From a virus: a DNA stretch of 64,000 nucleotides. The translations under genes were made by a program, and so were the position numbers. The notes below the pieces were generated by a model. It was given only the letters and a program-made list of their open reading frames with translations, was not told where the DNA came from and ran no database searches. This document shows, one piece after another, positions 58,680-64,000 of this stretch (its first letter is position 1; every line of letters begins with the position of its first letter). The stretch covers positions 64,001-128,000 of IMG/VR virus record IMGVR_UViG_3300043788_000040. One strand, given 5' to 3'.

Positions 58680-59870
58680 TTAGAGACACGTGGCTTGTTC
58701 ATCCCAAGCAAACGAACACCCAGCTATTGATTTTGGGGTGCCCGTGGAGACAGCGCCGACATAAACGAGGGTGATGGTGTCCGGCGTCCCTCCGGTGAAT
58801 CCGAAGTGCATCTCATAATCGTGACGCTCGTGGTCAGCGCCGACGAACCCGGAGTCAATGAGCCTGCCCCCGGTGTAGGATGTCGCGGAGACGTCGTACT
58901 GGGCTTGGGACGCGGCGTCCACGTTCACGAAGCTCGCCCCGGTCAGCGTCGCGTTGAGGAGAAGCTGGTAATGGGACAGGTTCCCACCGCTGAGGAAGTC
59001 CGAGTTCCTGAGAGTGAATGTGACAGCGGTCGCCGCAACCTTTGGCCGGATGGACAGCAGGGGCACCAAGGCAGCCGTGGCGTTCGTCTTGAGCGCCGCG
59101 CCCGTGGTCGCACCGAAGCGCAGGACGTTGATGTCCGTCTCTTGGTCTTGCGTGAGCGTGACGATCTTGCCGCCCGTGGTAACCGAGATGTTTTGGAGTA
59201 CACCGTTGCAATCCGCACCGCCGATGAGGATAGGCTGGATGCAGGTCGGCGGGACGTACGCGGGCGCTGGGCAGATGGTGCTGCCTGCTGCATACAAACC
59301 CTGAACCTGAGGGTCCATCCAAGCCGCTGAGGTATTGCCCGGCTGCGAGATCAGGAGCATTCCGGGGTGCGTTGGGTGGCTGATGTTGGTGACAACCGGG
59401 GTGCAGGTATCGGTCGCAAGTTCGGTCGCCTCAATGACGCCTGTGCTACCACATTCAACGGTCAGCGTCGCACCGCTGCCGACCACCATCGTCGCTACGG
59501 TGTTCGTGCCGGACAGGATTTGGTCAAAGTGTACCGTTGTGCCTGAGGTCGTGTAGTAGGCGCTGATGTTTCCGCTGCCATCGGTCTGCCAAAAGACGTT
59601 GGACGAACCTGCCGGGGGTGCCGGGGTCAAGTTGTTGAAGTTCGGAGCCGCAGGGCCAAACAGAACTGCGGTGCCGTTGACGAATACCTCGTCAACGTCG
59701 GGACCTGTCGGCAAGAGGCACGGATCAATCTTGCAGTCGGGGCCAAGTAGGACTATAGCGCCGGGCTGCGCGGGGCAGCAGCCGTCAACGGCGGGGACAC
59801 GATACTCAGTCCAGAAGGGCTGGTTCGCTTTGTCCTTGCGATTTGCCAGTATGCTGTAGATGGGAGCCAT
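58680..59870 (-). CDS. Fibre/structural protein
   Basis: C-terminal domain resembles 57046-58602 (LVPLLSI...YDVSAT...PDT.TL...W.E). Confidence 0.7.
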   Translation of the reverse strand: MAPIYSILANRKDKANQPFWTEYRVPAVDGCCPAQPGAIVLLGPDCKIDPCLLPTGPDVDEVFVNGTAVLFGPAAPNFNNLTPAPPAGSSNVFWQTDGSGNISAYYTTSGTTVHFDQILSGTNTVATMVVGSGATLTVECGSTGVIEATELATDTCTPVVTNISHPTHPGMLLISQPGNTSAAWMDPQVQGLYAAGSTICPAPAYVPPTCIQPILIGGADCNGVLQNISVTTGGKIVTLTQDQETDINVLRFGATTGAALKTNATAALVPLLSIRPKVAATAVTFTLRNSDFLSGGNLSHYQLLLNATLTGASFVNVDAASQAQYDVSATSYTGGRLIDSGFVGADHERHDYEMHFGFTGGTPDTITLVYVGAVSTGTPKSIAGCSFAWDEQATCL

Positions 59871-60064
59871 TACTGGTTACCCCCTTGGCGCATCTGGTCT
59901 ATCATGTCGGGGCTGAAGCGGAGGTTACGTCCAATGCGAATGCACGGAATCTTGCCTGCGGAGGCGAGGCGGTAGAGAGTCTTCGGAGCGATCTTGACGA
60001 GCTTCGCAAACTCCTTGATCGTCAAAAGCTCGGTCTGGGAGCCTTTTTGTGTTCCAGAAGCCAT
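59870..60064 (-). CDS. Excisionase-like helix-turn-helix protein
   Basis: LLTIKEFAKLVKIAPKTLYRLASAGKIPCIRIGRNLRF. Confidence 0.85.
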   Translation of the reverse strand: MASGTQKGSQTELLTIKEFAKLVKIAPKTLYRLASAGKIPCIRIGRNLRFSPDMIDQMRQGGNQ

Positions 60065-60121
60065 TTCCTCAGTTTTCCCCGCTTTTCACTTAGGGGTTTG
60101 GTAGCAGGTTTTTACTTTTGA

Positions 60122-60901
60122 TTAGCCGAACAGGGCTTCCATATCGGTGATGAAGGCTTGCGCAGCGACCCCGATCAGTTGGCGGGGGGCCTGAGAAGGC
60201 GAGACGTTGGTCTCGCTATAGAAGAGCCAAACCTTGCGGGCTGCCGGGTCGGTCACGGTGCCGGAGTCGGCATTGCTGTAGCCGTTTGTGTTCAGTGTCG
60301 CCAAGCCCACATCGCCGCTCGCCCCGCATCCCGCCGTGCCGTAGTCTGCGTGTGTGAACGGTGCTGTGAAGCTGGCGTAGCCGGATGGGTCGGAGGGATT
60401 TTTTGAGACGCTGGCGATGGTCACAGTCTGGGCGTTGAGGAACGTCGCATTCACCAAGCCAGAGAAAGTCACGGTCATACCTACGACCCAATCCTGCCGG
60501 GCGGTGACAGTCAGCACGTTGGACACGATTTCAACCGCCGACACGGGCGCTGTGATAGCGGGCATGGTCGCCGTGAAGGCTCCAGGCGTTGCTGTGCTGA
60601 CGTTCACGATCTTGCCGTTCAGGAATGAGGCATTGGTCAGCCCGTTAATCAGGGCGGCGTTCATGTTCGCTTGGAAGGTGTTGACGCCAGTGACGGTGAG
60701 CAAGCCGCCTGCGATTGCGATGTTGGTGATTTGGGGCATGCGGATAGTGGGCTGATCCGCTTCAAGATACTGAAGCCCGTTGACGTTGATCATCACTTCC
60801 TTACCGTGTGGGTCAAAGGTAAAGTCCGGCTTGTAAATCCAGAAAGCCGCGTGGATCGTCGTGTTTAGTTGGAAGCCCGCTTCAAACTGATTCAACGGCA
60901 T
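60122..60901 (-). CDS. Structural protein sharing modules with the 2068-aa protein
   Basis: GL.NA.FLN...V.....FTA repeats; FTAPFTHADYG also occurs in 24030-30236. Confidence 0.7.
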   Translation of the reverse strand: MPLNQFEAGFQLNTTIHAAFWIYKPDFTFDPHGKEVMINVNGLQYLEADQPTIRMPQITNIAIAGGLLTVTGVNTFQANMNAALINGLTNASFLNGKIVNVSTATPGAFTATMPAITAPVSAVEIVSNVLTVTARQDWVVGMTVTFSGLVNATFLNAQTVTIASVSKNPSDPSGYASFTAPFTHADYGTAGCGASGDVGLATLNTNGYSNADSGTVTDPAARKVWLFYSETNVSPSQAPRQLIGVAAQAFITDMEALFG

Positions 60902-61324
60902 GTACCCCTACCTATGGTGGGAAAGCCCACGAATACCAAGTACTCGGGCTGGACAAAAATGTCCATTTCGCTGTATACTATTGCTGTGAGAGACCCTCTA
61001 AAATGCCCACGGTGTGGGCTTGGCAAAGACACGGACGGCGACGGCGATTGTCCGGTATGCGCCCACTGGGAAGACGGTCGAGAAGTCGGCCCGGCGCTCG
61101 CTAAGCTGATCCGCAGGAGCAAGAAGAAACAATGAGCCGCACCTACTCGCGGAGGACATGCCGATGCGGGCGGGAAGTCAGCGCCAACGGCGCAGCGTGG
61201 CACAACCACATGATGGGGCACGTCCGCAAGGGCGAGGCAACCAAATCATTCGTAATCTCCGGCTGCCTCACGCCGGGCGCTGGTTCACGGTACACCGAAT
61301 TTCGCTGGATAAAGGAGCCTGCTA

Positions 61325-62146
61325 ATGCGACGAGGAAGTAAGCCCGCTTTGATCTACGACGAGGTTCGCAAGAACGCAGACGGCAAACCGCTGCTTCTCG
61401 GCATCAACCTTTCCTCGGACTTTTGCGCCGAGCACGAGTGGGGCATCAAGGACATCAAGTCCGCTTTTGGCATCCCCGAAAAAGGTTACGGCTTGAAGCG
61501 CCGCCAGATCACAGCTACGCCCAAAGGACTTGCATGGGTGAAGTACGCTGCCAAGACCTACATGGGACGTTACGACGTGGAACGAGGTTTGGCGAAGAAG
61601 GTTGGGGATGTGACTCTCAAGAACGAGGGCTTTGTCTTCCATGGCTGGTACGGATTGGAGCCAGAGAAGATGGCGGTCTCCAGCGAGTTGTCTGGCGCTG
61701 GTCTCCGGGGCGCATGGTCGGACGACGATTTCGCTGCCGTGTCCAGCAGCCCGGAGGACATCGTCGCCCTCAAGGAAATTTTCTCCGCGTTTGAAAACAA
61801 AAACATCGCTGTCTGCTTCTCCGCTGCACTGCCCGCTTTTGACAACGCAGGTCTCGTCTTCGCCATCGCCGACCGCCTGCCCGAGAGTGTCACCGAAGAT
61901 TGGGACAAGTACGACCGGGAACAGGAGAAGATCAAGAAAGAGTTCACGGCGACTGGTATTGAGAAGCTTCTCGCCGATGCGGGCAAGCGGTACTATGCCC
62001 TTTCACCACGCCGCCGTGACGACGGTAGTCTGTGGTACTGGCTGAACCCTATGGAACAGCAGCAGCACAACTACGGCTGGTTCACTCTTGAAGACCTTCA
62101 GGCATGGGCACGCAACGAAGGTCCGATCCCGATGAAGCAAAAGTAG
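61325..62146 (+). CDS. Hypothetical protein
   Basis: AAGGAG RBS, 273 aa. Confidence 0.7.
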   Translation: MRRGSKPALIYDEVRKNADGKPLLLGINLSSDFCAEHEWGIKDIKSAFGIPEKGYGLKRRQITATPKGLAWVKYAAKTYMGRYDVERGLAKKVGDVTLKNEGFVFHGWYGLEPEKMAVSSELSGAGLRGAWSDDDFAAVSSSPEDIVALKEIFSAFENKNIAVCFSAALPAFDNAGLVFAIADRLPESVTEDWDKYDREQEKIKKEFTATGIEKLLADAGKRYYALSPRRRDDGSLWYWLNPMEQQQHNYGWFTLEDLQAWARNEGPIPMKQK

Positions 62147-62159
62147 TTCAGTATTAGAC

Positions 62160-62570
62160 GTGATGGAAAGACCATCACGAATCATTGACGCAATCCGTGC
62201 TGAACTCGGACCGCACCTCGTCAAATCCAACTACCGCAAATTTCTCCCCAAGGACGCCAAGCCGTCGTGGGGCACCTGCTACGTGGCGTCCGAAGCCCTG
62301 TACCACTTGTGGGGTAAAGAGAATGGCTTCACGCCCGTCCGCATACCGTACAAGGTCAATCGCACTATGAACGGGCAGCACTGGTTCCTTGAGCATAGGC
62401 CTTCGGGGTTCCAAGTGGACATCACGGCAGACCAGTTCACAAAGTCCCCGCCGAACCGGGTGCCGGACTGGACGAAGGCGGTTCCAGCCGGATTCCTTAC
62501 CAAAAAGCCCTCCAAACGTGCCCAACAGATCATTGACGTCGTCCGCAAAAAATTTCAGTTTGATAATTGA
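62160..62570 (+). CDS. Hypothetical protein, possible Cys-His-Asp (papain/transglutaminase-like) fold
   Basis: GTCYVASEAL...HWFL...DITADQF. Confidence 0.5.
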   Translation: MMERPSRIIDAIRAELGPHLVKSNYRKFLPKDAKPSWGTCYVASEALYHLWGKENGFTPVRIPYKVNRTMNGQHWFLEHRPSGFQVDITADQFTKSPPNRVPDWTKAVPAGFLTKKPSKRAQQIIDVVRKKFQFDN

Positions 62571-62595
62571 CAGAATCCCCTAACTACGGTATTCT
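62567..62595 (+). promoter_or_regulatory. sigma70-type promoter of Y RNA-TROVE operon
   Basis: TTGACA-N17-TATTCT, same hexamers as 4286-4314. Confidence 0.75.
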
Positions 62596-62664
62596 CCCTT
62601 AGAGAGACTTTGACGGTGGCGTTTCCCTGCGTCCGCAGGGCGACATCCCCTCTTAGCAATTTTG

Positions 62665-62766
62665 GTCGTGCAGCGGTGTTTAGCTGACGGATACTTCTTC
62701 CAATGAACAGCCCGCTAGGGCTGCGGAGGCTTGCCTCCTTTCCGTTGCTTATTGTTCCCTGCCGAC
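62665..62766 (+). ncRNA. Y RNA-like element 1
   Basis: GCAGCGG...ACGGATACTTC...CCGTTGCTTATTGTTCCCTGC; upstream of TROVE gene. Confidence 0.7.
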
Positions 62767-62775
62767 AATTCTTGT

Positions 62776-62901
62776 GTGCGGCGGTTTTTGGTTACGGTTA
62801 CTTCTGCCTGTAAAGCAGACGAGCGGGGTTCGACCCCCCGGCGACCCGTGAGGGTCGTGGCGTGGGCCTAGTCAAATACCGAAGCCTATTGTTCCCCGCA
62901 C
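62776..62901 (+). ncRNA. Y RNA-like element 2 with tRNA-Tyr-like arms
   Basis: GCGGCGG...ACGGTTACTTC...CCGAAGCCTATTGTTCCCCGC; TCTGC-CTGTAAA-GCAGA and T arm inside. Confidence 0.72.
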
Positions 62902-63019
62902 CTAATTTCACTCAGCACCAAACGGGACGCTTGCATGAGTACGCTGCCCGTGCTGTTGCCGAAACATGGCGTAGAACCAAGCGATAGGCACAGCAAATTT
63001 TAGTTCAAAGAGGTGAACT

Positions 63020-64000
63020 ATGGCATCACTCAACACTGCAACGAAGACTGCAAAGACTGCAATCAAGACCGCCGAGGGCGGCAAGGCTGTCAACATTGGC
63101 AAGGCGCTTCAGCTTCAGCGCTTGCTGAACGCATGCCTCCTGTGGGAGGACAACTTTTACTCTGACGGCGAGTCCGTCGCCAACGCGATGCGCAAGCTCG
63201 TGCGTGAGGTTCCTGCCGAGAAGGTCGCCGAACTCGCGATCAAGGCTCGTGAAGAGCAGAAGCTTCGCCACGCCCCGCTGCTCATCGTGTACGAGATGAC
63301 CCTCGCCTCCAAGTCTCACCGTGAGCTTGTCGGGGAGACGCTCGCCCGTGTGGTTCAGCGCCCGGACGAGATCACTGAGTTCGTGGCGATCTACTACAAG
63401 CTTGGCGGCGGGAAGCGTCCGCTCTCCAAGCAGGTCAAGAAGGGTCTGGCCGCAGCCTTCAACAAGTTCAACGAGTACTCGCTCGCAAAGTACAACCGTG
63501 ATAAGGACATCAAGCTCGCGGACGTGCTGGCGCTCGTTCACCCGAAGCCGAAGGACAAGGAACAGGGTCTTCTTTTCGCGAAGCTTGCGAACAAGGATCA
63601 CCTGCCGAAGAAGACGAAGTACGCCGCGTTTCCGGTGGCTAACACCTACCGTGCGCTCGCAAAGAACTTCGTCGGCCTCGTCACGCCGGACACTTGGGAG
63701 GTCGCACTCTCTGGTGGAGCGGACAAGAAGGAGACTTTCACTCGTCTCATCGCCGAGGACAAGCTTGGTGGTCTGGCAATGATCCGCAACCTGCGCAACA
63801 TGCAGGAAGCGGGCGTGTCGGATGCGGTCATCAAGCAGGGTCTCTCGCAGATGAACGCTGAGCGTGTGCTTCCGTTCCGCTTCATCTCGGCGGCGAAGTA
63901 CGCTCCGAAGTTTGAGCAGCACCTTGAGGCAGCGATGTTCAAGTGCCTTGAGGGCTTCTCCAAGCTGAAGGGCAAGACTGTGCTGCTCGTGGACGTTTCT
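63020..64000 (+). CDS. TROVE-domain (Ro60-like) RNA-binding protein with vWA domain, truncated by window end
   Basis: GAGGTG RBS; my translation gives CLLWEDNFY, KLRHAPL, QRPDE, KFNEYSLAKY, HPKP, TWEVALS, MIRNLRNM, LPFRF, LLVDVS. Confidence 0.9.
   Translation, partial: MASLNTATKTAKTAIKTAEGGKAVNIGKALQLQRLLNACLLWEDNFYSDGESVANAMRKLVREVPAEKVAELAIKAREEQKLRHAPLLIVYEMTLASKSHRELVGETLARVVQRPDEITEFVAIYYKLGGGKRPLSKQVKKGLAAAFNKFNEYSLAKYNRDKDIKLADVLALVHPKPKDKEQGLLFAKLANKDHLPKKTKYAAFPVANTYRALAKNFVGLVTPDTWEVALSGGADKKETFTRLIAEDKLGGLAMIRNLRNMQEAGVSDAVIKQGLSQMNAERVLPFRFISAAKYAPKFEQHLEAAMFKCLEGFSKLKGKTVLLVDVS

Noticed and set aside
59870-60064. Prophage integration module
   Set aside because: Only an excisionase-like HTH; no integrase or att site recognisable in the window
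62805-62860. Second tRNA-Tyr
   Set aside because: Anticodon and T arms are present, but the acceptor is closed by a tetraloop and there is no CCA; treated as part of a Y RNA-like element
1-64000. Stop-codon reassignment suggested by the release factor and tRNAs
   Set aside because: TAG, TGA and TAA all end well-formed genes (e.g. TAG at 4036, 9529, 19731), long genes are intact in the standard code, and no suppressor tRNA was seen

Overview
This window is part of a large, GC-rich tailed-phage (jumbo-type) genome. The host is probably a diderm soil bacterium, possibly Acidobacteriota; this is inferred from secreted and outer-membrane-type genes. Replication genes: family A DNA polymerase, separate 5'-3' exonuclease, DnaX-like clamp loader, possible sliding clamp, half of a Rad50/SbcC. 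Virion genes: portal-like protein, a 2068-aa FG-repeat protein, a block of repeat-built fibre-like genes. Accessory genes: thioredoxin, Nudix, NADAR, PhoH, CheY-like receiver, NusG-like factor, HNH and GIY-YIG nucleases. The most striking content is a translation-surveillance and RNA-repair toolkit. (1) Two tRNA arrays (Tyr/Leu at 4.4-6.7 kb; Pro/Met/Phe at 11-15.7 kb) each follow a sigma70-type promoter, a 24-codon leader ORF whose codons match the downstream tRNAs, and overlapping antiterminator/terminator hairpins, i.e. apparent ribosome-mediated attenuation of tRNA genes. (2) An RF1-type release factor appears to need an RF2-style +1 frameshift, but at CTT-TAG. (3) Anticodon-less tRNA mimics and CCA-ended structured RNAs are interleaved with the tRNAs. 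(4) Two RNA ligases, a TROVE/Ro60 protein and three Y-RNA-like elements share the window. (5) An isolated 8/4-fold tRNA-like gene has a perfect cis antisense to its own anticodon arm. All structures were read by eye; no folding or database search was run.
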